Shown here piece by piece: positions 9,587-19,888 of a DNA stretch of 64,000 nucleotides. Every line of letters starts with the position of its first letter. Position 1 is the first letter of the stretch. The notes below the pieces were generated by a model, which was given only the letters and a program-made list of their open reading frames with translations, ran no database searches and had not been told where the DNA came from. The position numbers and the translations under genes are program-made. The stretch lies in assembly GCA_963749155.1 (NCBI GenBank), contig CAVVLO010000004.1, forward strand, positions 1-64,000, in the 5' to 3' direction. This stretch comes from an uncultured Armatimonadia bacterium. Its GTDB lineage: Bacteria > Armatimonadota > Zipacnadia > CAVVLO01.

Positions 9587-11968
9587 ATGATTATCTTTGG
9601 GCGATTTGTCTTGGGGCTTGTGATCACTGGTCTGGGGGGCTTGCTTTGGACCGCGCAAGCATCCAGCACTCCCGCTCTTGTGCTGGCAGAAAGAGAGCTG
9701 GGCAGTGACTACCTGATTGTGACACCAGATGAGGCACTCCCCGCTGAACGCACAGCGGCGATTGAACTCAAGGCCTATCTGGGGCGAGTCACTGGAGCCG
9801 AATTTGCTATTGCCAAAGAGACCGAAATTGCTGGTCCTGCTTCCCAGTATCCTCTGCAGCTCTTCGTTGGGCCAACAAAAGCCTTTGCCGAAGCGTTCCC
9901 AGAGGTCGATTTGGCATCTTTGGGCCATGATGGCATCGTTATAAAAACCAAAGACGACCGCCTCTTTCTTGCGGGAGGGCGCCCAAGAGGCACTCTCTAT
10001 GCCGTCTACACCTTCCTCGAGGAGGTCGTAGGTGTGCGTTGGTGGGGCTCCCGGCCCGATGAAGAGACGGTGCCTTCGATTCCTGCACTGGAGATCCCCC
10101 CTCTGGACCTCGTTTACGTGCCTACCTTGCAGTACCGGGAGGCCTTCTACAGAGGGGCTTTCGATGGCGTCTACGCCGCGCGCAGCAAGTGCAATGGCCA
10201 TTTTGAGCGAATACCGGTCGAATATGGCGGGCATTACAATCTGATAGGCTGGTGCCATACCTTTTACCCGTTTCTGCCTCCGGAAAAATACTTCGCCGAC
10301 CATCCCGAATGGTACAGCGAGATCAATGGCCAGCGCGTGGGCGAGTGGGCACAGCTTTGCCTGACTAACCAGGAGATGCGTGCCCAGTTCATACAGAACG
10401 TGCTCGAGCTGCTCCGGCAGGATCCCTCGGCTGGGCTTATATCGGTTGCCCAAAACGATTGGGGTGGAGCTTGCCAATGCGAAAACTGCAGAAAGCTCGC
10501 CGAACAGGAAGGCTCTGAATCTGGCCCCCTGATTGATTTCGTCAACGCGGTTGCAGAAGCGGTCGAAAAAGAATTTCCGGATTTCATGGTGGAGACCCTT
10601 GCCTATCAGTACACTCGCAAGCCCCCTCTGCACATCAAGCCGCGCGACAACGTGGTGGTGCGGCTTTGCTCCATCGAGTGTTCTTTTGCGCAGCCGCTCG
10701 TGGATGGCCCTCAAAACGTGCAGTTCGCCAATGATATCAAAGGCTGGAGCGCCCTTGCTCCGCATCTTTACATCTGGGATTACGTCACCAACTTCCCTGC
10801 TTATATACTGCCTCACCCCAATATGCACGTGCTTGCGCCGAACATCCGCTTCTTTGTTGACAACCATACAATTGGTCTTTTCGAACAGGGAGACGCAGGT
10901 TGTTCAATTAGTGACTTCCCTGAGCTGCGCGCGTGGCTGCTTGCCCATCTGATGTGGGATCCCTCCAAAGATGATAAAGCCCTAATCAGAGAGTTTCTTG
11001 AGGGATATTATGGCGAAGCCGCAGAGCCTCTCGAAAACTACATCAACCTCATCTGCGATGCCGTCCAGCAGTCCGGGGTCTATCTGCCCTGTTTCTACAC
11101 GGACACCTCCGGTTGGCTTGGATTCAAAGAGATGACAGAGGCGACACGTCTCTTTGATGAAGCGCTTGCAAGGGTGCAGGACAGCGAGTTGCTGACCCAG
11201 CGCGTAAAACGGGCCAGGATGCCCCTCGATCACGTCTGGTTGCTGCGTTATAACGCTTTGCGGCGTTCGGCCCAGTTCCTGGGCGTACCTTTTGAGGGAC
11301 CGCAAGACCCAGTCGCCTTGTGCAAGGAGTTTCTACAACTGGCCAAAGACTTCGATGCTGGTCAGTATCGTGAAGGGCGTCCCTTCGAGGAATACGAGCC
11401 CAGCTTGCTTTCGCGCTGGATGGGAAACAGCGTGGATGGCAGCCCTGCAACAAAACCGAAAGAGGCCGAAGGGACTGGCGAGTATGACTGGGCGGACTTC
11501 CAGGAGCAGGATATGTCTTTGCATAATGTCGGGGGCTGGGTGCAACTGGTCGAGGAGCCTGCCGCCTCCAATGGACTCGTGGCAAAGATGGGCGCCGATC
11601 ACACCCAATGGGCTGTCCAATGCCCGATTCTCGCCGAGATGGCGGCCACCGGCCCCTGGCATTGTTATGTGGTCCTTCGCTGCGAAGCCCTAAGCGAAGA
11701 GGGCAATGCCTTCAGTCTTGGTCTTTATGATGCCACCCAAAACCAGGGATTAATCCAGCAGACAATTACTATCCCTCAAGCCCTGGGTGAAGTGGAGCTT
11801 GCAGAAGGCGCCATAAAGACCACTCCAACAACATCGGGGGGCTTTGTGACCTATGATTTGGGCATCTGGGACCTGAAGCCGGGGATGTATTTCTGGGTTG
11901 CGCCCCAGGCGAATCCAGACCAGATGAGCGCTGTCTGTGTTGACCGATTCTTCTTTGTGAAAAAATGA
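9587..11968 (+). CDS. DUF4838-family secreted protein (GH20/GH67-like N-domain plus TIM barrel)
   Basis: Signal peptide; RGTLYAVY.FLE..G.RW, HPEWYSEING, QLCLTN, CQCENC and LAYQYTRKPP patterns; AGGAG RBS. Confidence 0.75.
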   Translation: MIIFGRFVLGLVITGLGGLLWTAQASSTPALVLAERELGSDYLIVTPDEALPAERTAAIELKAYLGRVTGAEFAIAKETEIAGPASQYPLQLFVGPTKAFAEAFPEVDLASLGHDGIVIKTKDDRLFLAGGRPRGTLYAVYTFLEEVVGVRWWGSRPDEETVPSIPALEIPPLDLVYVPTLQYREAFYRGAFDGVYAARSKCNGHFERIPVEYGGHYNLIGWCHTFYPFLPPEKYFADHPEWYSEINGQRVGEWAQLCLTNQEMRAQFIQNVLELLRQDPSAGLISVAQNDWGGACQCENCRKLAEQEGSESGPLIDFVNAVAEAVEKEFPDFMVETLAYQYTRKPPLHIKPRDNVVVRLCSIECSFAQPLVDGPQNVQFANDIKGWSALAPHLYIWDYVTNFPAYILPHPNMHVLAPNIRFFVDNHTIGLFEQGDAGCSISDFPELRAWLLAHLMWDPSKDDKALIREFLEGYYGEAAEPLENYINLICDAVQQSGVYLPCFYTDTSGWLGFKEMTEATRLFDEALARVQDSELLTQRVKRARMPLDHVWLLRYNALRRSAQFLGVPFEGPQDPVALCKEFLQLAKDFDAGQYREGRPFEEYEPSLLSRWMGNSVDGSPATKPKEAEGTGEYDWADFQEQDMSLHNVGGWVQLVEEPAASNGLVAKMGADHTQWAVQCPILAEMAATGPWHCYVVLRCEALSEEGNAFSLGLYDATQNQGLIQQTITIPQALGEVELAEGAIKTTPTTSGGFVTYDLGIWDLKPGMYFWVAPQANPDQMSAVCVDRFFFVKK

Positions 11969-12042
11969 GCAGAAAATATCGTTTGCAGGTCTAAAGATTG
12001 GACAAGAACTGCCGATAAGGTAGCTGGACACGGAGGTTGTAC

Positions 12043-14167
12043 ATGCCGAACGGACTTGGCGCACTAATAATGGCAGTTGTGCTGGCAATTACAGCGACTT
12101 GGGCTTTTGCCGCAGAGGAGACGGGCCTGTCTGCCATCGCCGCAGGGCCAGATACACTGACGGTGACTCTCGCGCCTGGCCTTGAGGGTGACTTTGCCCT
12201 ACTGGAATATGGCCCCTGGGAGGCTAGTTCGCCAGCTGACGACCGGCCTTCGGTATGGGAAGGCAAGGGCTCGGTTGGCCCCTTCTCTCTTCCCCGCTTT
12301 GAAGGCCAAAAGGACCGCCTCTTCAGCAAGTTTCTGCTGGTGCGAAGCGGACACGCGGGAGGCCCTCGGGCCCGCCCGGTTCGTCACTGACCTGTCCCAG
12401 GTAGGCGCCAGAGACTTCCCCCTGCCCTGGCCAGAAGGCATAAAAGGCATATCCTGTCCTGTAATGCTTGATGATCTGCTCGAACTTGGAGTTAAGCACA
12501 TAGATGACAACATCCTGCTTTCGGGTATCTTCGACTGGAACAGCGAGAATCCCGAGGCCTGGTTCGAGCTTGACGGAGAACGTTATCCGCTCAATATGAA
12601 CTACATCCGCTATTTCGACGGCCGGTTCAAGTGGCTCACCGACCATAACATCAGCACCACTCTCATAGTGTTGAACGGCGTGCCAAGAGAGCCCGATCCC
12701 AAAAATCCTTTCATCCATCCCTGGACCGACCTGGCTAACACGCCTTATCATCTGGGAGGCATAAATATCTACGATGAAAGAGGCTTCAAATGGTACAGGG
12801 CTGCCCTTGAATTCCTCTCCGAGCGCTATACCCGTCCTGATGCCGAATATGGGCTGCTGGATGGCTTCATCATAGCCAATGAGGTGCAAGCCCACTGGGT
12901 GTGGTCCAACCTGGGCGAATGCACCCCAAGCGATTTCCTCGACGAATATATCAAAGCCCTGAGGGTAAGCTGGCTAGCCGCGAAAAAGCACCATTCAGGC
13001 CTGAAGGTCTACGCCTCTTTAGATCATCACTGGGCCAAGCGATATGGCTCCTCCACCCAGTGGATTACCGGCCCAGAGGTGCTCGAAGGGCTTGCTGCCA
13101 AAGGGCAGGCAGAGGGCGATTTCGGCTGGGATGTGGCTTTCCATCCCTATCCAGACGACCTTTTCAATCCGCGTTTTTGGCTCGAAAAGACAACTCCCCT
13201 GTCTTTTGGCGCACAAAAAATCAGCTTCAACAATCTGGAAGTATTGCCCGTTTTTCTGTCCCAGCCACACCTCTTGTATAACGGCCAACAACGCCGGATT
13301 CTCTTGTCCGAGCAAGGAATCCACAAACCCGACAGCCCTGATGGCGAGCAATTGCAGGCTGCCTCTTTTGCGCTCGCTTACTGGAAGGTAAACCATATTC
13401 CAGGGATAGAGGCCTTTATCTACTTCCGCCACATCTCGGGCAATGACCCCGCCGGCCTGCTTTTTGGGCTTTGGGACGTGCATCCTGATGATCCCAGCGG
13501 TAACACGCCAGGCAAGAAGCTGCTGCTTTGGGATGTTGTGCGCGCCGCAGACACCCCGGAATGGGAGCAGACAACGGCTTTTGCCTTGCCCATAATCGGC
13601 GTTGAAAGCTGGCAGGAAGCCTTGCCGAAGCCTCCCTCTGCAGTAGACAGGACCAGGGCAAAATACCCGCAGGTTCCGTTGGATGAGACTCTCGTAGTCG
13701 AGTTGGCTAACCAGTTGCAGTTCGCTGAACGCGAGAACTGCCTGGACTGGCGTCCGGAAGTGCTGGAAGAGGGCGGCGTGCTTTATCCTGCCATCTTTCA
13801 CCATCCACCCGCAGAAGGCCTTGGTAAAGCGACCTTCACACTCGACCTGCCTGTCGTAAGCCGTAGAGAATTGCTCACCCTGCGCTTTGGCACCGCGTTC
13901 GGTGCGGATTCGGACAATGGCGCAGGCTTTTCTGTTCTGATCAACGACAACCAGGTTTGGGCGCATGAACAGACCACTCGCGAAAGCGAGAGTCATGAGG
14001 TAGATCTGACTGGTTACCAGGGCGAGCAAATCAGGCTCACTTTGTGCATTGACGCCCTCGGGAACGCCGGCCATGACTGGGCTCTCTGGGTTTGGCCTCG
14101 GATTATCGAAGAGTCGAAGGAACTCGATTTCACGCCCGATGTAGCCCCCTTGCTGGAGCAAGACTAG
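12043..14167 (+). CDS. DUF5722-family putative clan GH-A glycoside hydrolase, secreted; apparent frameshift at about 12340
   Basis: GGAGG RBS and signal peptide in ORF 12037..12390, continuing in ORF 12182..14167 with ANEV, FHPYP and LSEQG motifs; C-terminal NPCBM-like beta-sandwich. Confidence 0.65.
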
Positions 14168-14192
14168 AGGGCGAGAACCTGGAAAGGCGAAA
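14166..14192 (+). promoter_or_regulatory. SigH-like promoter motif AGAGGG-N15-GCGAAA
   Basis: Recurring motif upstream of the sulfatase operon. Confidence 0.4.
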
Positions 14193-14225
14193 CAAAGGCA
14201 CCGCACCTGGCAAGGAGGCCTGGCA

Positions 14226-15608
14226 GTGAAACGACCTAATATCGTGATGATTCTGGCCGATGACATGGGGTATGGCGACTTCGGTTGTTTTAGCGAAGGG
14301 CGCACGCGTACTTCAAACCTCGATCGGCTTTGTGCAGAAGGGCTTTGCCTGACTCAGCATTATTCAGGCTCTGCAGTTTGCGCGCCGGCGCGCGCAGCGC
14401 TTATGACAGGCCGATATCCGCACCGGACTGGAGCAATTGACACCCTGGACTCCATTGGCCTTGACCAGCTTTCCCTCTCGGAGACGACGCTTGCCGAGGT
14501 GCTGGCTGGCGCTGGTTATGCCACAGGATTGATAGGCAAATGGCATCTCGGCGCGGCTTTGCCCGAATATCATCCCAACAGCAGAGGCTTCCAGGAGTTT
14601 TGTGGCTTCCGGGGAGGCTGGTCGTATTACTACGACTATGCGCTCGATTACAATCGCACCTTCCGCCGGAGCGATGGCACCTATATGACTGATGTCTTCA
14701 GTCAGGAAGCCTGTAATTTTGTTAGTCGCCATAGCCAGGAGCCTTTTTTCCTCCATGTGACCTACAATGCGCCTCATTTCCCGATGGAACTGCCTGAAGC
14801 CAATCGCCTCCATTTTGCCGACGGCGACTGGACGGACGGCGTAGCGCGTATTTACGGGATGATAGAGCGCATGGACTGGGGCATCGGACAGCTCCTTGAA
14901 ACGCTGGAAGCTCAGGGAGTGCTGGACAACACTTCGTTCCTCTTTACCAGCGATAATGGGCCTCAGTTCGGCGGGCAAGGCGAGCAATGCACCACCCGCT
15001 GGAACTGCAACTGGAATGGCGCCAAGTGTTCTGTCTGGGAGGGAGGTATCCGCGTACCGGCTCTGGTGCGTTGGCCGGATGGCGTTGCAGGTGGCCAGAA
15101 GTATGATGGGATGGCCCATTTCTGCGACTGGTTCCCCACTCTGCTTGCCGCTACCGGAACGGAGTTGCCCTCTGACCTTGCCCTCGATGGCATGAACCTG
15201 CTGCCTGCTCTGCAAGGCCAACCACAAGAGGTGTATCCCACCCGCTGCTGGCAATGGAATCGCTACACTCCGGCTATCGAATCCAACGCGGCCATCCGCG
15301 ATGGAGACTGGAAACTCGTTCGACCTGCTCTGCCACAGACCATGACTATGCTCCAGGAGCACATCGAACAAGACCCAGCCGTGAAACGCAACCAGGAAGG
15401 CTTCGCCCAGCTCTTCCCCTATCGGGAACCTGAGCGAGATTTGTCTAATCCTCCCGCGCCACTGCTCTACAACATCGCTGACGACCCGCTTGAAGCGCAG
15501 GATCTGGCTGGCGTTGAACCTGACAGAGTTCATAAATTGACTACTCAGCTGGAGACCTGGTTCGAAGACGTCGAAGCTGACCGCAGGCTCATCTCCAGAG
15601 GAGGTTAA
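14226..15608 (+). CDS. Cys-type arylsulfatase
   Basis: RPNIVMILADDMG, VCAPARAALMTGR, GKWHLG, APH and SDNG motifs. Confidence 0.92.
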   Translation: MKRPNIVMILADDMGYGDFGCFSEGRTRTSNLDRLCAEGLCLTQHYSGSAVCAPARAALMTGRYPHRTGAIDTLDSIGLDQLSLSETTLAEVLAGAGYATGLIGKWHLGAALPEYHPNSRGFQEFCGFRGGWSYYYDYALDYNRTFRRSDGTYMTDVFSQEACNFVSRHSQEPFFLHVTYNAPHFPMELPEANRLHFADGDWTDGVARIYGMIERMDWGIGQLLETLEAQGVLDNTSFLFTSDNGPQFGGQGEQCTTRWNCNWNGAKCSVWEGGIRVPALVRWPDGVAGGQKYDGMAHFCDWFPTLLAATGTELPSDLALDGMNLLPALQGQPQEVYPTRCWQWNRYTPAIESNAAIRDGDWKLVRPALPQTMTMLQEHIEQDPAVKRNQEGFAQLFPYREPERDLSNPPAPLLYNIADDPLEAQDLAGVEPDRVHKLTTQLETWFEDVEADRRLISRGG

Positions 15609-15611
15609 CCA

Positions 15612-16958
15612 ATGGCAACGAGACGCTCACCTAATCTGGTCTTCTTCTTCAGTGACCAGCAACGCTGGGACACCTGTGGCTGTTACAACCAGGCGATGGA
15701 CATCACGCCCAACCTCGATGGGATGGCCAAAGAGGGAGTGCTCTTCCGCAAGGCCTTTACCTGCCAGCCTGTTTGCGGCCCAGCAAGATCCTGTTTGCAG
15801 ACGGGAAAATATCCGACTGAAACAGGCTGTTTTACCAATGACAGGGCGCTGCCGCAGGATGAAGTGACCATCGCCCATCGGCTGCGCGCTGCGGGTTACA
15901 ACACTGGATACGTCGGCAAATGGCACCTGGCAAGCTACGGCGAAGCTCAAAACTACCACACCAGGCCAACCCCACCCGAGCGGCGCGGGGGCTGGCTTGA
16001 TTACTGGATGGCCGCAGATGTCCTGGAGTTCACCTCTCACGGTTATGATGGCTATGTGTTCGACCGAGATATGAACCAGGTAGATTTCAAAGGCTACCGG
16101 TGCGATTGCGTGACCGATTTTGCGCTCGATTTTCTGCGCCAGCAGAGGGCTGACCAGCCTTTTATGCTCTTTCTTTCACACATCGAGCCCCACCAGCAGA
16201 ATGACCATAACCGGATGGAAGGCCCAGAGGGCTCCAAAGAGCGTTTCGCCTCCTATCCGCTGCCTCCGGACCTCGTTGGTCCTGGCGATTATCTGGAGAA
16301 CTGGCCCGACTATCTTGGCTGCGTGAACAGTCTGGACTATAACCTGGGCAGGGTGCGTCAGACTCTCGCCGAACAAGGACTGGCGGATAACACGCTCGTC
16401 ATCTACACCAGTGACCACGGCTGCCATTTCCATACCCGGAAAGGCGAATACAAGCGCTCATGCCACGAGTCCAGCATCCACGTTCCGCTCGTGATCTCCG
16501 GGCCTGGCTTCGAAGGCGGCAAAGTGGTTGATGAACTCGTTGATTTGATGGACCTGCCTCCCACTCTGATGCAAGCCGCTGACGTGGATGTGCCTGAGAC
16601 GATGCGCGGCAGACCACTTCAGGAGCTTACCGCTGGCACGGCGCGAGACTGGCGGCAGGAGCACTTCTTCCAGCTCAGCGAAACGGTGCTGGGCAGGGGC
16701 GTGCGCACCGCCAGGTGGAAGTATTCCGTCGCGCACGAAGGCGACCCGTCCGCCGCCTGGGCGCAGCCCGACGCGACGGTCTACACGGAGGACTTCCTCT
16801 ACGATCTGCAGGCAGATCCAGCCGAACAGCATAACCTCGTGACCTATCCTGGCCTGGCGGAGGTGCGCGCCGAACTTGCCGAGCGCCTAACGGCGCGGAT
16901 GGTACAAGCCGGCGAGACCGAACCGCGCATCCTGCCAAAGCAGCCGGAGTCCGCCTGA
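15612..16958 (+). CDS. Cys-type sulfatase
   Basis: PNLVFFFSDQQR, VCGPARSCLQTG, GKWHL, EPH and SDHG motifs. Confidence 0.92.
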   Translation: MATRRSPNLVFFFSDQQRWDTCGCYNQAMDITPNLDGMAKEGVLFRKAFTCQPVCGPARSCLQTGKYPTETGCFTNDRALPQDEVTIAHRLRAAGYNTGYVGKWHLASYGEAQNYHTRPTPPERRGGWLDYWMAADVLEFTSHGYDGYVFDRDMNQVDFKGYRCDCVTDFALDFLRQQRADQPFMLFLSHIEPHQQNDHNRMEGPEGSKERFASYPLPPDLVGPGDYLENWPDYLGCVNSLDYNLGRVRQTLAEQGLADNTLVIYTSDHGCHFHTRKGEYKRSCHESSIHVPLVISGPGFEGGKVVDELVDLMDLPPTLMQAADVDVPETMRGRPLQELTAGTARDWRQEHFFQLSETVLGRGVRTARWKYSVAHEGDPSAAWAQPDATVYTEDFLYDLQADPAEQHNLVTYPGLAEVRAELAERLTARMVQAGETEPRILPKQPESA

Positions 16959-16959
16959 C

Positions 16960-18102
16960 ATGAGCTTCTCAGCCCAGGGTGAACGACCTTTCACACTGCT
17001 CATCAAGCCGGCCTCGGCCGATTGTAATCTCGCCTGCGACTACTGCTTCTATCTAGAAAAAAGCGCCCTCTACCCCACCTTGCGGGCGCATCGGATGTCC
17101 CAGGAAGTTCTCGAGCGCCTGGTTTCGAGCTACATGGCAACGCGCCAGCCACAGTATTCTTTCTGCTGGCAGGGCGGCGAGCCGACCTTGATGGGCCTCG
17201 ACTTCTATCAAGAAACCGTCCGGCTCCAACAAGCGCATGGCAAGCCTGGCTCAATCGTCGCAAACGCCTTCCAGACAAATGGCGTGTTAATTGATGCCGA
17301 ATGGGCGCGATTCTTTGAGAAATACCATTTTCTCGTTGGCTTGAGCCTCGATGGGCCGGCCGAGTTGCACAACCACTACCGCCGCCACTTGTCGGGGGCG
17401 CCTTCTCACGACGAGGTGCTGCGAGGGCTTGCCCACCTCAAGCGCGCTGGAGCTGAGTTCAACATCCTCGTCCTCGTCACACCTGTGAATGCTGGCAAGG
17501 CGCGGCAGGTTTACGAATATCTGCGCGAGCTGGATGTGGACTTTATGCAGTTCATCCCTTGCGTTGAATTCGACAAGACGGGGCAGCCGCTGCCCTTTAC
17601 GGTGTCAGCGCGCGAGTGGGGTCAGTTCCTGTGTGATGTGTTTGATGTCTGGCGCGAAGCCGGCGATGAGCGGCGTGTCTCGGTGCGCCTGTTTGACTCG
17701 CTGCTGACCGTGATGGTCCATAACCAGTACAATGTCTGCCACCTGGGTCGCAATTGCTGCCAGTACCTCGTCGTAGAACATAACGGAGATATCTACCCCT
17801 GCGATTTCTTCGTCGAGGAAGAGCGCAAACTGGGCAATCTGATGGAGGGCGAATGGGCAGACTTTCTCTCATCGCCCCTCTACTCGGCCTTCGGCGCCCA
17901 GAAAGCGCGCTGGAATGAGGCCTGCAAGAGCTGCAAGTGGCTCAAATATTGCTCCGGCGATTGCCTCAAACATCGGTTTACCAGCGAGTGTGACCCCCGC
18001 AACCTGTCCTTCCTGTGCGCAGGTTGGCAGCGTTTCTTTGAACACGCCCTTCCCTGTCTTGAGGAATTGGCCGAGCAACTTCGTGAGGAGCAGCGGCCAT
18101 GA
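16960..18102 (+). CDS. Anaerobic sulfatase-maturating enzyme (radical SAM/SPASM)
   Basis: IKPASADCNLACDYCFY, WQGGEP, YPCDFF and C-terminal CKSCKWLKYCSGDC SPASM cysteines; directly follows two sulfatases. Confidence 0.92.
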   Translation: MSFSAQGERPFTLLIKPASADCNLACDYCFYLEKSALYPTLRAHRMSQEVLERLVSSYMATRQPQYSFCWQGGEPTLMGLDFYQETVRLQQAHGKPGSIVANAFQTNGVLIDAEWARFFEKYHFLVGLSLDGPAELHNHYRRHLSGAPSHDEVLRGLAHLKRAGAEFNILVLVTPVNAGKARQVYEYLRELDVDFMQFIPCVEFDKTGQPLPFTVSAREWGQFLCDVFDVWREAGDERRVSVRLFDSLLTVMVHNQYNVCHLGRNCCQYLVVEHNGDIYPCDFFVEEERKLGNLMEGEWADFLSSPLYSAFGAQKARWNEACKSCKWLKYCSGDCLKHRFTSECDPRNLSFLCAGWQRFFEHALPCLEELAEQLREEQRP

Positions 18103-19244
18103 GAATCATCCTGCTGGCACTGCTGTTTGCGTTTTGCGTCGTCGGAGGGTGCCTTGCGATGGAGGATTCGAAGGAGTTGCGGTTGAACGATCTCACCTCG
18201 GAGTGGGAGCGTCTTGAGCCCGACCTGATTTGGGGTTTCCACAACCTCTACAATCCGCGCGTGGTCTACAATCCAACTAGTGGATATCCCTATCTGATGT
18301 GGCTGTTCGGCTGGTCAGCGGAAGACAGCAATCCCGATTTCCCAGGCGCCGATGCCACTTTCTTTGCGCGTTCAAAAGACCTGCTTAAATGGGAAGTGTG
18401 GTCAGGCGAGGCTGGCTGGGATACCACCATGGATCCACGCAAATGGGTGCCGGTGCTCACCGCCGATGATAAAGGCTTCGACAACGTTCATAACGGCGAC
18501 CCCTCGGTTGTCTTCCACGCGGGCCGCTATTATATGGCTTTCTCATCGGTTGGATTCGATACTCGCAAAGATGCCGAAGAGGTTGAACGCCTCTGGGTAG
18601 TCAGTTGCGTGATGGGCGCGGTGTCAGACGATGGCATCCACTGGACAAAATCGACCTCACCAATCGCAATCTGGGAAGATGAATACACGAACGGCTGGGA
18701 GATTGTGGACGGCAAGATACCTCCCGCAGCCGAGGATTATTATGGCAGTTACCATCGTCCCAGTCTGATGTGGGACCAGGGCCACTGGCGGCTTTGGTTC
18801 GACTACTTCCTTCCTGGCACTTTTGTGTCACTTGGCTATGCCGAAAATGGGGGCGATTTTCTCGAGCCGGCTGCCTGGCAAATCAAACGCGCGGGGACAG
18901 AACCGCTGCTGCGAGATTTCCCCAATCCAAGTGTTGTACGAGCCGGCGAAAAGTATTATGCCTTCTCGGACGCCCCAAACTTCCCACCTGAGTATGGTGG
19001 AGACGGTCGCCTGCTGACAATGGCGATCTCGGACGATGGCCTCGACTGGCGCGTGCTTGGCCATCTTGCGCCTGAGGGGGTGGAGTCGGCCCATGTCCCC
19101 GAGGCCTTCGTGAAGCGCGATGCCGAAGGGCTTTGGCTGTATGTCTTCTATTCCTGGAAGCCGCAGGTAGAGCCCTGGGATTATCGCTACAAGAAGATCA
19201 GGGCCATCCGCAAGCTGCTGGAGCCAGCACCTCTTGTGCCGTAG
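18099..19244 (+). CDS. Secreted five-bladed beta-propeller glycosidase-like protein
   Basis: Signal peptide; YNPRV, GDPSV, SDDGIHW, RPSL, NPSV and HVPE blade repeats. Confidence 0.55.
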   Translation: MRIILLALLFAFCVVGGCLAMEDSKELRLNDLTSEWERLEPDLIWGFHNLYNPRVVYNPTSGYPYLMWLFGWSAEDSNPDFPGADATFFARSKDLLKWEVWSGEAGWDTTMDPRKWVPVLTADDKGFDNVHNGDPSVVFHAGRYYMAFSSVGFDTRKDAEEVERLWVVSCVMGAVSDDGIHWTKSTSPIAIWEDEYTNGWEIVDGKIPPAAEDYYGSYHRPSLMWDQGHWRLWFDYFLPGTFVSLGYAENGGDFLEPAAWQIKRAGTEPLLRDFPNPSVVRAGEKYYAFSDAPNFPPEYGGDGRLLTMAISDDGLDWRVLGHLAPEGVESAHVPEAFVKRDAEGLWLYVFYSWKPQVEPWDYRYKKIRAIRKLLEPAPLVP

Positions 19245-19273
19245 TTCCTGAGCCCCAGCCCAGCGCCCTGAGG

Positions 19274-19888
19274 CTAAGGCAAAGGCAGGATCCCCACCAG
19301 GTTCAGATACTTGATCAGCTCTGACAATGCGAGCATGAACAAGACTAACCCGGCAGTCACATATTCGCGCCTGAGGAAATGAGGTTTCACGAGTTCAGGA
19401 GCCTTGCCTTTGGGAAGGCGCAGCCTGGGTATGAAGAGAGGTGTATTTTTAGTGTAGGTTTCCCATTGCTCGCTAAAAAGACTGGCCAGCACTGCTTCTT
19501 CGGTATTTATGGTCACCTGGTATTGCAAGCCGAAGAAACCGAGTACAACCAGAGCAACAAGTGGATTGCCAAGCGCCATAAGCCAGCCCAGCGTAATCAG
19601 TAGACTGCCCAGGTACAAGGGGTGACGAACCAGGCTGTAAGGACCCGTGGTCTGAAGCTCCCTGTCTTTGCGCCCGCCTATATAACGGGTACACCAAAGG
19701 CGCAGCCCGGCTCCCAGTAAGGCCAACAACCAGCCGGCACAGGTTATCAACCAGTCTACCAGGCTGTAATGGGCGGTAATAGAAGGGGTAAACAACATAC
19801 CCACAATAACAAAGAGAAAGCCGAGCCGGCCGATATTGCCCCTGTTTCGCACAAGGAAAGATTGCTCGGAACGCGCGCTATTTACCAT
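19274..19888 (-). CDS. Isoprenylcysteine carboxyl methyltransferase / PEMT-family membrane protein
   Basis: Hydrophobic helices, LQTTGPYSLVRHPLYLG, EE..L...F...W..Y...TP.FIP. Confidence 0.85.
   Translation of the reverse strand: MVNSARSEQSFLVRNRGNIGRLGFLFVIVGMLFTPSITAHYSLVDWLITCAGWLLALLGAGLRLWCTRYIGGRKDRELQTTGPYSLVRHPLYLGSLLITLGWLMALGNPLVALVVLGFFGLQYQVTINTEEAVLASLFSEQWETYTKNTPLFIPRLRLPKGKAPELVKPHFLRREYVTAGLVLFMLALSELIKYLNLVGILPLP

Noticed and set aside
9539..10867. Long antisense ORFs (also 13019..14305, 34820..36079, 37797..39092, 52406..53740)
   Set aside because: They are in-register shadows of well-supported genes in GC-rich DNA and carry no recognisable motifs.
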